Assembly: GCF_964213995.1 (NCBI RefSeq)
Contig: NC_135820.1
Location: 620,001-684,000, forward strand
Length of the DNA: 64,000 bases
From: Mustelus asterias
Taxonomy: Eukaryota
Direction of reading: 5' to 3'
Shown here: positions 11,823-23,812 of the stretch, in pieces
How positions within the stretch are numbered: the first letter of the stretch is position 1
Layout: each line of letters begins with the position of its first letter
The notes under the pieces: model-generated
What the model was told of the DNA's origin: nothing
The model's input: the letters and a program-made list of their open reading frames with translations, nothing else
The model's database searches: none
Position numbers and translations under genes: made by a program

Positions 11823-12357
11823 TGTTAGTGGGGTTTTCCGACGTGGTGGCAATTATACTCTGAAAACCAAGCTCACAGTATAAAGGTAAAACTTTATTAA
11901 AAACCAGTGATCAATGGGATAAATTATATCGATGGTCTCAGGTTCAGAATACCTGGACCATTCGAATAAGTTCTAATGTTATCATTAAAATACAGGACAC
12001 TTATACATTTTCTTAATCTGATTCTCCGCCTTAGATTAGTTTATAAGTAATTTCATTTAATGTCCATGCATCAACATAAATCTTTGTCAGATACTTCAGC
12101 CAATTGCTTAGTACTTTCCAGCATAATGTTTTCTCATTTGTCTATTACATATGGGACGTTACTCCCATCTTGGCTAAAGCTACTTCCTTGTTGCCTGGAT
12201 ACAGTAGATGTTACTGTAAAGGTCAAAGTGGGGGTTCCCACTGGCTCACTGCCAAGCTGAATAGACATATGTTCCTGCATCCAGGATCATGTCTAATCTA
12301 TGACTAGGCTGTAAATCAACTTATTCATAAATTTGCAAAATATGTTCCCCCGTAATG
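11823..12357. mobile_element. Possible solo LTR
   Basis: Begins TGTTAGTGGGG, ends with degenerate inverted CCCCCGTAATG; ~535 bp, no coding. Confidence 0.3.
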
Positions 12358-12371
12358 CTCTCATAGATGAG

Positions 12372-12880
12372 GATCAGAATTAGGCTATTCAGTCCATTGA
12401 GTCCGCTCCGCAATTCGATCATGGCTGATATGATTCTCATCCCCATTTCCCTGCCTTCTGCCCATAACCCTTCAACCCATTACCAATTAAAAATCTAACT
12501 CCTCCCTAAATTTACTCACACTCCCAGCATCCACCGCACTCTGGGGTAGCGAATTCCACAGATTCACAACCCTTTGGGAGAAGTAGTTTCTCCTCAACTC
12601 TGTTTTAAATTTGCTACCCCTTATCCTAAGACTATGACCTCTCGTCCTAGAATGCCCCACAAGAGGAAGCATCCGCTCCACATCTACTTTATCCATAGCC
12701 TTTCATCACCTTGAATACCTCAATTTGATCTCCCTTCATTCTTCTAAATTCCAGAGAGTATCGCCCTAAACTGTTCAATCTCTCTTCACATGACAAACCC
12801 TTCATCTCTGGAATCAATCTAGTGAGCCTCCTCTGAACTTCCTCCAATGCCACTACATCTTTCCTCAAATGCAGGGACCA
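12372..12880 (-). mobile_element. CR1 LINE 3' fragment
   Basis: LEEVQRRLTRLIP...RTRGHSLRI...FSQRVVNLWNSLP. Confidence 0.85.
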
Positions 12881-13199
12881 AAACAGTTGTAAGCATTGCA
12901 GGAACTGAAAAATCAGCGAGGAATCCGAAGAAAACAACATTGGAAAGAAGCTCGCCACATGTTCTGCCCAAAATGATGTATAACAGTACCGGGAGCTCTG
13001 GGAGTCGCAAGTAGCCTGCAACAACAAATGTAAAGCCGGGGGATGTTGTCAAGCACAAAGGAAAACAGACTGAGCTCAGGTTTACCTTGTTTTGGCGAGA
13101 ACGGAAGGAAGATTATGCTAAAAAATTACATGGCACATCGTGCTCACGCAAGTCATTTCATCGTGAAAAGTAGCAAGAGTTTTTGGCTCCATTGGTACC

Positions 13200-13885
13200 T
13201 TTTGATTTGATTTGATTTGATTTATCATTGTCACATGTATTAGTATACAGTGAAAAGTATTGTTCCTTGCGCGCTATACAGACCCCAAAAGCATACCATT
13301 CATAGAGAAGGAAAGGAGTGCAGAATGTAGTGTTACAGTCATAGCTAGGGTGGAGAGAAAGATCAACTAAATGCAAGGTCGGTCCATTCAAACGTCTGAC
13401 AGCAGCAGGAAAGAAGCTGTTCTTCAGTTGGTTGGTACGTGACCTCAGACTTTTGTATCTTTTTCCTGATAGAAGAAGGTGGAGAGAGAAGGTCCGGGGT
13501 GGGTGGGGTCCTTAATTATAGAACTTACTATAGATCCTACAGTGCAGAAGGAGGCCATTTGGCCCATCGGGCCTGCACTGACCACATTCCCACCCAGGCC
13601 CTATCCCCACAACCTCATGCATTTACCCTAGCTAATCCTCCTGACACTACGTGGCAATTTAGCATGGCCAGTCCACCGAACCCACACATCTCCAGATTGT
13701 GGGCGGAAACCGGAGCACCCAGAGGAAACCCACGCAGACACGGGGACAATGTGCAAACTCACACAGATAGTGACCAAAGCTGGGAATCAAACCGGGTCCC
13801 TGGCACTGTGAGGCAGCAGCACTAATCACTGTGCCACGGTGCCACCCTAATGCTGGCTACTTTTCCGAGGCAGCAGGAAGTGGAA
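13200..13885 (-). mobile_element. Rex1/Babar LINE 3' end with nested HE1/V-SINE-like SINE (13519-13848)
   Basis: (AAATC)n tail shared with 14618-15344; SINE has tRNA-like head GGCACCGTGGCACAGTG...GGTTTGATTCC. Confidence 0.75.
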
Positions 13886-14617
13886 CTCATATACAGAGAG
13901 ATTTGACTATTTTGTCCGAACAAACAAGATAGCAGCAGATATAATAGTCACTACATTCCTGAGCATAATGGTGGGGACAGAGGGAACATTTAGCCTCCTG
14001 AGGAGTCTGGTACAGCTGGAAAAGTCAGGCATGAAAAGTTACGATGCAAAAATGGAAATATTGCAGGACAACTATTCACCAAAACTACTTTAATTATCAT
14101 AGGAAAGTTTAGGTTTCATAAGTGCAACCAAGAAGATAGTTTATCGGTTGCACAGTTTCGAGCTACCCTGAAAAGACTGGCTGAACACTGCAAATTCGGG
14201 GATGTGTTAAACGATACCATCAGAGATCGATTAGTCCGTGGTTTAAGGAGCAAGGCTATTCAAATTCCAGGTTAACTGAAAGTAAGCTGACCTGAAAGAA
14301 AACTTTAGAAGTCGTTGTATCCATGAAAAATGCTCAACAATTGAATTCAAGTACAAGAATTCACAAAATATTGGCCAAAACTCAAACACAAACACAGATT
14401 TGCATTTGCCATGGTTGTGCCAAAAAAACGGGTACTCGGGAACAGATTGTTGGTGCAAAAATGCTATGTGCAGAAATTGTGGACAAAAGGTCTATGCTGA
14501 ATACTTTTGTTGGAAAAAGACAGAAGTTTCAGGTGAAATTTGCAGAAAGCAAAAGCTGAATAAATCAAACGGCAAGCTGAACCAAGGAAAATGTGTCCAC
14601 ATGGTACAAAAAGGACG

Positions 14618-15344
14618 TGAGAATGAAGAAGATTGTCATCGACTTAAGGAAGCGTAAAGGAGAACATGCCTCTATCTACATCAATGGGGACAAAGTAGAA
14701 AGGGTTGAGAGCTTCAAGTTTTTAGGTGTCCAGATCACCAACGACCTGTCCTGGTCCCCCCCATGCCGACACTATAGTTAAGAAAGCCCACCAACTTTCT
14801 CAGTAGACAAAGGAAATTTGGGATGTGAGCAACGACTCTCACCAACTTTTACAGACGCAGCATAGAAAGCATTCTTCCTGGTTGTATCACAGCTTGGTCT
14901 GGCTCCTGCTCTGCCCAAGACCGCAAGAAACTGCAAAAGGTCGTGAATGTAGCCCAATCCATCACGCAAACCAGCCTCCCATCCATTGACTCTGTCTACA
15001 CTTCCCGCTGCCCCGGCAAAGCAGCCAGCATAATGAAGGACCCCACACTCCCCGGACATTCTCTCTTCCACCTTCTTCCATCGGGAAAAAGATACAAAAG
15101 TCTGAAGTCACGTACCAACCGACTCAAGAACAGCTTCTTCCCTGCTGCCGTCAGACTTTTGAATGGACCTACCTTGCATTAAGTTGATCTTTCTCTACAC
15201 CCTAGCTATGACTGTAACGCTACATTCTGCACTCTTTTGTTTCCTTCTCTATGAACAGTATACTCTCTGTATAGCGCGCAAGAAACGATACTTTTCACTG
15301 TATGCTAATACATGTGACAATAATAAATCAAATCAAATCAAAAA
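14618..15344 (+). mobile_element. Rex1/Babar-clade LINE, 5'-truncated
   Basis: VERVESFKFLGVQITNDLSW...RTNRLKNSFFPAAVRLLN; AATAAA-(TCAAA)n tail. Confidence 0.85.
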
Positions 15345-15544
15345 AGAAACTCAATTCACAGTCCAAAGACAAACTGTTACTAAATGTACTGGCTATTGCT
15401 GGTGAAACAAACTGTTTCTGGTTCACTCCACTATTGGACGGTCAGCAAGTGAAGAGGGAGGTGGACACTGAGGCAGCGGTCTCGTAGGTACCAGTAACTG
15501 TTTATCAAGAAAAGCTCTGGCATATTTCCCCGAAGCCCGCAAAC

Positions 15545-17070
15545 CTAGCTGTTAAATTGGTCAGAGCAATAGCAGATGGAATTTAACCCTCAGGTCTAAT
15601 AAGTGTAGGATATACACAATGAATGGTAGGTCCCGAGGGAGTATTGAGGAACAAAGAGACCTTGACGTACTAGTCCATAGATCCTTGAGGGAGACAGCAC
15701 AGGTAGACAGATTCATAGAGTCATAAAGGTTTGCAGCATGGAAACAGGCCCTTCGGCCCAGCTTGTCTATGCCGCCCTTTTTTTTAAAACCCTAAGCTAA
15801 TCCCAATTGCCCGCATTTGGCCCATATCCCTCTCCACCTATCTTATCCATGTAACTATCTAAATGCTTTTTAAAAGACAAAATTGTACTCGTCTCTACTG
15901 CTACCTCCAGCAGCTTGTTCCTGACACTCACCATCCTCTGTGAAAAAATTGCCCCTCTGGACACTTTTGTATCTCTCCCCTCTCACCTTAAACCTATGCT
16001 CTCTAGTTTTAGACCCCCCGCTACCATTGGGAAAAGTTTTTGACTATCTACCTTATCTGTGTCCCTCATTATTTTATAGACCTCTATAAGGTCATCCCTC
16101 AGCCTTCTACGCTCTAGAGAAAAATGTACCAGTGACCAGAATTTCACACAGTATTCCAAGTGTGGCCTTACCAATGTCTTGTACAACTTCAACAAGACGT
16201 CCCAACTCCTGTATTCAATGTTCTGACCGATGAAACCAAGCATGCCGAATGCCTTCTTCACCACTTTGTCCACTTGTGACTCCACTTTCAAGGAGGATAG
16301 GGTGGTGAAGAAGGTATATGGAATGCTTGCCTTCATTTGCTGGGGCATAGAATATAGGAGCAGAGAGGTCTTGGTGCAACTTTATAGAACATTGGTGAGG
16401 CCACAGATGGGATATAGTGTGCAGTTCTGGTCGCCACACTATCGGAAAGACATGATTGTACTGGACAGGGTGCAGAGGGGATTTACCAGGATGTTGCAAG
16501 GCTGGAAAGTTTCAGTTATGAGGAAAACAAAGAACAAAGAAAATTACAGCACAGGAACAGCCCCTTCGGCCCTCCAAACTTGTACCGACCATGCTGTCCG
16601 TCTGAACTAACAGTCCTTATCCTTCCAGGGACCATATCCCTCTATTCCCAGAGACTGGATAGGCTGGATTTGTTTTCACTGGAACAAAGGAGGCTCATGG
16701 GACCTGACAGCGGCATACAAAATTATGAGATGCATGAATAGGGTATATCATAATAGTCTTTTCCCCAAGGCAAAGATGTCTAAGATTGGAGGGCATTGGT
16801 TCAAGGTGAGGAATAAATGGTTTAGAGAGAATCAGAGGAAAAATGTTTTCACCCAGAGGGTGGTGGAAATATGGAACTCGCTGCCTGGGAGGGTGGTGAA
16901 GGCAGGAACTCTCGCAATATTTGAGAAGCATCTGGACAAGCACTTAAATCGCCAAGGCATAGTAGGCTATGATCCAAGTGCTGGTAAATGGGATTAGTAT
17001 AGATTGGTATTTGATGGTTGGCATAGACATAGTGGGTCCAAATGGCCTCTTTCTGTGCTGTCTGACTCTA
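15545..17070. mobile_element. Composite of nested CR1 fragments on both strands
   Basis: CR1 RT C-terminal motifs in ORFs 15983..16348(-), 16230..16610(+), 16725..16997(+). Confidence 0.75.
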
Positions 17071-18159
17071 TTACTCAGTTTTAAAACCTACACTAGAGAA
17101 GTGGTTCCGCTGAAGGACCTTGTTGATATAACAGTACAATTAAATGGACAGATGGCAGATTTGTCCATGCGCATCATCAAAGAAAATTATCCAGCACTAA
17201 TGGAAAGAACCTCATTGGAAAAGATTGGATTCAATTGGGCCGAGGTAAATCTCATGACAGATTCCCAACCAGGCCTACCCAAATTTTAAGCTGATTGGAC
17301 AGAGTCCAGTGCTGCTTCGATGACATCTTGGTTGCTGGAAAGAATTAGGAAGAACATCTGCACAACCTAAATGCCACACTCCAGAGATTAGAATATTATG
17401 GATTAAGAGTCCAAAAAGACAAATGTGAATTTTTCCAATCCTCAATTGACTATCTGAGTCATGTCATTGACGCCAAGGGATTGCATACATTGCCTTTGGA
17501 AGTCAAATCTGAGGCACCTGCATCTCAAAATGTCAACCAACTTTGATCTTTCTTAGGCTTACTAAATTGTTTTGGAGGGTTTGTCCTTAATCTGGCTAGT
17601 GTTCTAAAACCCTGCAGCACCAAATATAAACTGAAAATGGGTGGATCAATGTGTGAGAGCATTCATGCCATCCAAAGAGGTGCAACTCAAGTCAGAAGTC
17701 CTGGCACATTTGAACCAATTTTACCCCTGCAACTGGCATGTGACACATCACCTTATGGAGTTGGGGTGGTGGTTTTCCCACATAATGCCCACAGGTGAAG
17801 GAAAGACAGTAGCCCTCACGCCGAGGTCCTTGAACAAGGCCAAAAGTAATTCTGCGCAGATAGAGAAAGAAAACCTCGGAATCATTTTTAGGATAAAATA
17901 GTTCTACCAACTCCTGTATGGGAGGAAATTCACTTCATTGACAGATCATCGTCCACTGACAGCAACTCATGGACCTCACCCTGGGACTCCATCACAGGCA
18001 GCGAGCAGGATGCAGAGGTGGGCATTGCTGTTGTCAGCACACACATACACATCAGTCAAACCTTCACGGGAACACAGATGGATTCTCCTGACTACCCTTA
18101 CCCGATAGTTTGTCGATAAGCAATTTGTGTTGAAACATTTTCTAGTTCAAGCAAGTAGA

Positions 18160-18442
18160 TGGTTAGCACTGCTGCCTCACAGCGCCAGGGACCTGGGTTC
18201 GATTCCGGCTTGAGTCACTGTCTGTGCGGGTTTTACACATTCTCCCCATGTCTGCGTGGGTTTCCTCCCACAGTCCAAAGCTGTGCGGGTTAGGTGCATT
18301 GGCCATGCTAAATTGCCCCTTAGTGTCAGGGAGGCCAGCTCGGGTAAATGCATGGAGTTGTGAGGATAGGGCCTGGGTGGGATTGTGGTTGGTGCAGACT
18401 GATGGGCCGAATGGCCTCCTTCTGCACTGTCGGATTCTATGA
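18160..18442 (+). mobile_element. HE1/V-SINE-like tRNA-derived SINE
   Basis: TGGTTAGCACTGCTGCCTCACAGCGCCAGGGACCTGGGTTCGATTCC head (B box), V-domain-like core, CR1-like tail. Confidence 0.8.
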
Positions 18443-19649
18443 TTGGAGATCACGCTCCTGTAACCTCAGGACAAGTTAAGAAACTTAGCAGAAATGATCC
18501 AGTACTGTCAGAGGTTATGGACATGACGCTTCTAGGCAAGACCTCAGGAGCAAATCCTGAGTTAATGACATTTTGTACTTGAAAATTATAATTATCCGTA
18601 CAGGAAGGTCGCGTCCTCTGGGAATGAGAGACATCATCCCACCACTACTAGAAAGCGTGTATTAAATCAATTACGTGAAGGCCACTGTGGTATTCTAAGG
18701 ATGAAGGAGATAGCTAGGAGCTATTTTTGGTGGCCAGGCCTCGATGCTGAAATTGAGGAGAAGCAGGAATATGTTCGTCATGCGCAAAAGTGCAGACTTG
18801 CCACCATTAGCTCCATTAAACCCATGAGAATGGCCGACACTTGGACAAGAGTACATCGAGATTACGCCAGACCATTTGAAGGGCGTATGTTTCTCATTCT
18901 GGTAGATGCTCACTCGAAATGGCCTGAAGTTGCCATCATGAAGACAATGTCATTGGAGAAAACAACTCAGATATTGGGGGAAACCTACAGCAGCTTTGAT
19001 TTCCCTGAACAATTGGTGAGCAATAATGGGCCACGATTCATTTTGCAAGAGTTCATACACTACTTGAAGGGGAACAGAATTTAAGATGTCCGATCTGCTC
19101 CTTATCATCCTGCCACAAATGGACTGGCAGAAAGTTTTGAACAGTTAATGAAACATTTGTTGAAGGTAACTAGAGAATAAGGTTCATTGTCCAAATGTTT
19201 GAATCAATTCCTGCTCATGTACAGGAATACTGCACACTCAACCCAATTTTCTCTTGCATTGCTCATGGCTAGAACTCAGCTACGCACAGCATTCAATTTG
19301 CTTAAACCACCCAAGACAAAGGAAATTGTCAAGAAAAAGCAGCAGGATCAAGTTACACGGTGGGACAACAAGACAAAATGTTGTATTTTCGCCAGGGTGA
19401 AGGAGTTCTGGTAAGGACCTATACCAAAGTGAATACTTGCCACCATCTGAGCACTGACAGGACTGATCTCCTACACCGTACAAACATGAGGCAATGTAAC
19501 ATGGAGGAGGCATGCACATCAACATTTGGTGACACAAACCAATAGCCAGAGACAGAACGGAGAGTAAGTTCAAATAAGCTGTACCGAGAGATGACCTGGA
19601 CCTTCCTGAGAGCCTGACACTAAACAAACCAAATGAGGAAAGACTCATT

Positions 19650-20810
19650 ACAGTCTTGGTTCAAACATGGGGAAAAGAGCTGAATTCCAGAGGTGAGAGA
19701 CATCAAGGCCACATTCGACCGAGTATTGCATCTTGGAGCCCCAGCAAAACTGGAATCAATGGATATCGGGGAAAAACTCTCCACTGGTTGGAGTCATACC
19801 TGGTACATAGGAAGATGGTTGTGGTGGTGGGGGTCAGTCATCTCAGCTCCAGGACATCTCTGCAGGAGTTCCTCAGGATAGTGTCCGAGATCCAACAATC
19901 TTCAACTGCTTCATCAATCCTTCCTTCCATCATAAGGTCAAAAGTGGGGATGTTCACCGATGATTGCAAAATGTTCAGCACTATTTGTGACTGCTCAGGT
20001 GCTGAAGCAGTCCATGTTCAAATACAACAAGATCTGGACAATGTCCAGGCTTGGGCTGACAAGTGGTAAGTAACATTTGAGTTACACATGCCAGGCAATG
20101 ACCATCACCCCTTGACATTCAATGGTGTTACCATCACTAAATCCCCGCTGTCAGCATCCTTTGGGTTACCATTGACCAGAAGATCAACTGGACTCACCAC
20201 ATAAACACAGTGGTTACCAGAGCAGGTCAGAGGCTAGGAATACTGCGGCGAGTAGCTCACCTCCTAACACCCCAAAGCCTGTCCACCATCTACAAGGCAC
20301 AAGTCAGGAGTGTGATGGAATACTGTCCACTTGCCTGGATGGGTGCAGCTCCAACAACACTCAAGAAGCTTGATACCATCCAGGACAAAGCAGTTCTGCT
20401 TGATTGGCACCACATCCATAAACATTCAATCCCTCCACCACCCTCAGTAGCAGCAGTGGGTACTATCTACAAGATGCACTGCAGAAATTCACCAAAGCTC
20501 CTCAGGCAGCAGCTTCCAAACCCAAAACCACTTCCATCTAGAAGGACAAGAACAGCAGATACATGGGAAACCGCCACCTACAAGGTCCCACCAAGTCACT
20601 CACCAGCCCGACTTGAAAATATATCGCCATTTCTTCACTGTCGCTAGGTCAAAATCCTGGGATTCCCCCCCTCATGGTAGTGTGGTCAACCCACAGCATA
20701 TGGACTACAGCGATTTACAAAGGCAGCTCACCCCCACCTTCTTTAGAGCAACTAAGGATGGGCAATAAATGCTGACCAGCCAGCAATGCCACGATTGAAT
20801 AAAGAAAAAG
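19650..20810 (+). mobile_element. CR1-like LINE 3' region
   Basis: GMFTDDCKMF (RT), YKAQVRSVMEYCPLAW; 3' UTR ending GATGGGCAATAAATGC. Confidence 0.8.
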
Positions 20811-21279
20811 CCGCCTCGTATATATTACAAAGTGACCAGTGTTCTGTGATCAAGCCAGTGAGAGATTAATATCAATGGAAGATGTTGCTCCTGCTCAGCA
20901 GGACAGGCAGTGGTGAGAGTGCCGATTGCCCACTATGTCCAAACTGAATATCCCCCCCCCCACCTCCGAGTATGAGAGCAGCAACCAGCTGCCCATCTCT
21001 GCTCCCCTCCCACTGAAATTCAATCTGAAACAGGCTGCTGAAACCATGAGGCTGAGGGGCCCGTTAGCTTGACAGGGGCAAGTGTTGGGTAGCTCAGGGA
21101 GATGACATCTTGTCACCTACTGATGTGGGGTTAACACTAATCCCGATAGTTTGTACAATGCAAATGGTTTTCAATTTATCGCACCTTCCACGCTATCTCC
21201 AGTATTTTTTATGATTCTTCCAAGGATCAGTTGGAAAGTCATTGGCCCCATTTCAAGAATCAATGGAATAAGAAATATC

Positions 21280-21385
21280 ATTTGATCCTCATTGTCTAAG
21301 GAAGCTCTTTGGATCCTCATTGTGCAAGGAATCTCTTTGGCTCCTCATTGTCTGAAGAATCACTTTGGATCCTCATTGTCTAAGG
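21280..21385. repeat. Short tandem repeat, ~4 x 28-29 bp (TTTGGATCCTCATTGTCTAAGGAAGCTC)
   Basis: Four visible imperfect units. Confidence 0.85.
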
Positions 21386-22093
21386 GATTATCAGTGATCC
21401 AATCCCCATATTGTTGTATTGTTGATTCTGATGCAGCATTGGAGACTGACTTGTCCCCAAATTCAGTGCTGACCCTGTGAAACACTGTGAAACACACAGA
21501 CAAAGTACCTCCAGCCTGAGCTCTGCGTGTGTCGGAGGTGTCGCTGTTGAGTTCACAACCTTCACAGATGGTCTCACTATTTTCGTCAAAAATGAACTGG
21601 GCCCCACACGAAACGCTGACACCAAAACCCTCTGGTTCCCTGTTCTTCTCAAACATCCATGACTTCAGCAGGAACCTGAAAGAGTTGCTGAGAAGGAACT
21701 TAAATAATCGAATCATGGGATCTTATAAAGAGAGGCTATTCAGCCCACCGTATCTATGCTGGCTGTTTGATCGATCAATCTAAATATTCCAATTCCCCCC
21801 AACACCGCTCCTTCCCCCAAAACCCAACAAACGTTTCCCATCACATATTTACCCAAATTCCCTCTGGAACGTTCCAATTAAATCAGCATCTACCATTATT
21901 TCTGGTGTTGTCGGAGTCAACGCTGCTGTCAGACAGGGAGTCAGTGTGTATCAGTGAGCACGGGTGATGGGTGAATGGGACTGGGTGTGAGTTTGTACAC
22001 TGGGTCACTGCTGAATTGGTTCCCAATCAGAGCTCAATAAGAATGATCTTTTACAATTAACCATGAATCTGTCCGAGCTGACGATGATATTAC

Positions 22094-22133
22094 CTTGGAG
22101 AAGTGACAGGAGGAAGTAAGATTTCCCGATCAT
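22094..22133 (-). CDS. Siglec-like gene A, signal-peptide exon (exon 22094-22175 including 5' UTR)
   Basis: ATG ATC GGG AAA TCT TAC TTC CTC CTG TCA CTT CTC CAA G|gtaata = MIGKSYFLLSLLQ; phase 1 joins V exon to give ...LLQVGLSQEW; conserved at 40440 and 62761. Confidence 0.88.
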
Positions 22134-22581
22134 TGTCCACTCCCAGATATTTCACCAGCTTCTCACTCTCAAGCTCTGAAAGAGAAAGGAGTTAATGAGA
22201 CCTCACCTCTTGTCCGACAGCTCTTGAGAGATCAGAACTGCATTTAGACAATGTCTTCACAGACAAGTTGGATTCTGTGTGGGATGATAGGTGCTCTGCA
22301 GAGTTACAAGGCTTTAAGAAAGAGAAACAATGAAGGACTTGCATTTCTTTAGCGCCTTTCACCACCTCAGGACATCCCAAAGCTCATGTCTCTGTGCTTC
22401 CCTCATCCCATGAACTAGAAAGATGTTCTGTTCGACAGACTTGAGCCTCACAGCCAGATCTCAATAATCAGCAGAAATCTTTCAAAAGTATCAATCATTG
22501 GAATCTGTCTTTATAAAGTCACAACATCAACAAAGGACAATGTTGGTCGTGGAAGTGAATTCCAATCGTTCCGTTACTTAC

Positions 22582-22720
22582 CCAGGACCTGTCCGTCTGC
22601 TCGCCTGGGGAGTAACTGCGGTCCCGCTCTGCTTGGGCTGAATGTCCTCTTCCTGTGCTGTTCCCTCTGTGTGTTTAATTCAACAGGGTTGATGTGTCAC
22701 TGTGACTCAAAATGGGGGTG
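22582..22720 (-). promoter_or_regulatory. Putative non-coding first exon and promoter of gene A
   Basis: Donor TGG|gtaagt at 22582; ETS-like ACAGGAAG; AP-1 heptamer TGACTCA 22703-22709; block conserved at 40931-41070. Confidence 0.55.
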
Positions 22721-22829
22721 GGGACAATATGAGAATACAACTCATGTTTTGAGGTGTTGAGCAGCTGTTAACCCTTTGTGTCCTGTCCCATGATATTTCT
22801 GCTCAAAGATCGATAATCATTGAAAATGA

Positions 22830-23172
22830 GTTGGTCAGGGTGTTTCACACCACTTCTCTTACCTGAGGCAGGAGGTCATGGGTTTGAGACACCATTCCTG
22901 AGAATGGAATCCCATAATGCAGATCAACACTCCTCAGTGTCATTACTGAAGGAGCGCAGCACTGTTGGAGGGTCAGTACTGAGGGAGTGCAGCACTGTCA
23001 GAGGGTCAGTACTGAGGGAGTGCCACACTGTCAGAGGGTCAGTACTGAGGGAGTGCCGCACTGTCAGAGGGTCAGTACTGAGGGAGTGCTGCACTGTCAG
23101 AGGGTCAGTACTGAGGGAGCGCCACACTGTGAGAAGGTCAGTACTGAGGGAGTGCTGTACTGTCAAAGGGTC
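22830..23172 (+). mobile_element. DeuSINE (SacSINE1-like) 5' part running into the 33-bp minisatellite
   Basis: Degenerate tRNA-like head followed by CAGTGTCATTACTGAAGGAGCGCAGCACTGTTGGAGG then tandem units. Confidence 0.55.
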
Positions 23173-23490
23173 TGTTATGATAATCTGTGATGCAGCAGAT
23201 GCCAGTGTATCAGCAACAACATGTTCAAGTAGAATATCTCCTCCTGTAGCTGTGGCAAGGCTGTGATGATACAGCACCACCATTGTCGGGAGGGTGTAAC
23301 TACAATGTGACATGTTTACATGGGAAATTTCTATTTTAACAGTGGACGCAGGAATTCATATTGATGGGGAAAATGTGACAACAGGAAGGAACAAATCTGA
23401 GCCAGAACTTTGCTTCAAAAGAAGTTTAATTTGTAAATATCCACAGAACAGTCTGAGCAATTTAATCACTTGTGTTAATAAATGTAATAT

Positions 23491-23812
23491 TGTTCATATT
23501 CAATCAAATCAAATCCAATTCAGAGTCTCAACAAGTTGAGACATTTCAGATCCAGGCTGACAAGACAGGGCGAGCGACCAAATCACCCTGTCCTGGGCCT
23601 GATCTACATGAGCCAAGCTGATTGGAGGAGGGAAAGCAATACCTCCTCCAAGACTTGAGCTCATTTGCATCTTAGCCAAAAGGCCGAGATGCCGCTTTTA
23701 AAAATTGCTTCATATGAAACATATGAAGCTTCAGTGTAACCTAATGACCTCAACCAAGTGCAGCATCCAATCCATACTACACTTGATCTTAGCCAAAAGG
23801 CCGAGAAGCGAT
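23491..23812 (-). mobile_element. U2-snRNA-headed ~320-bp retroposed element
   Basis: 23812-23774 = U2 nt 1-39 exactly (ATCGCTTCTCGGCCTTTTGGCTAAGATCAAGTGTAGTAT); second U2 piece (nt 7-27) at 23689-23669; hairpin-rich body; (GATTT)n tail; empty paralogous site at ~48270-48300. Confidence 0.75.

Larger units (their letters stand above)
12880..19650 (+). mobile_element. Degenerate Gypsy retrotransposon (gag-PR-RT-RH-IN) with many nested insertions
   Basis: gag-like ~13890-14610; protease EVDTEAA ~15460; RT/RH remnants 17075-18150; integrase zinc-finger/core MKEIARSYFWWPGLD...FLILVDAHSKWPE (18701..19084). Confidence 0.8.

Noticed and set aside
18160-18215. tRNA genes at SINE heads
   Set aside because: A/B-box-like heads continue into SINE cores and LINE-like tails; no full cloverleaf
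23774-23812. Functional U2 snRNA gene
   Set aside because: Only nt 1-39 match; no Sm site or 3' stem-loops; it is an insertion relative to the paralogous flank
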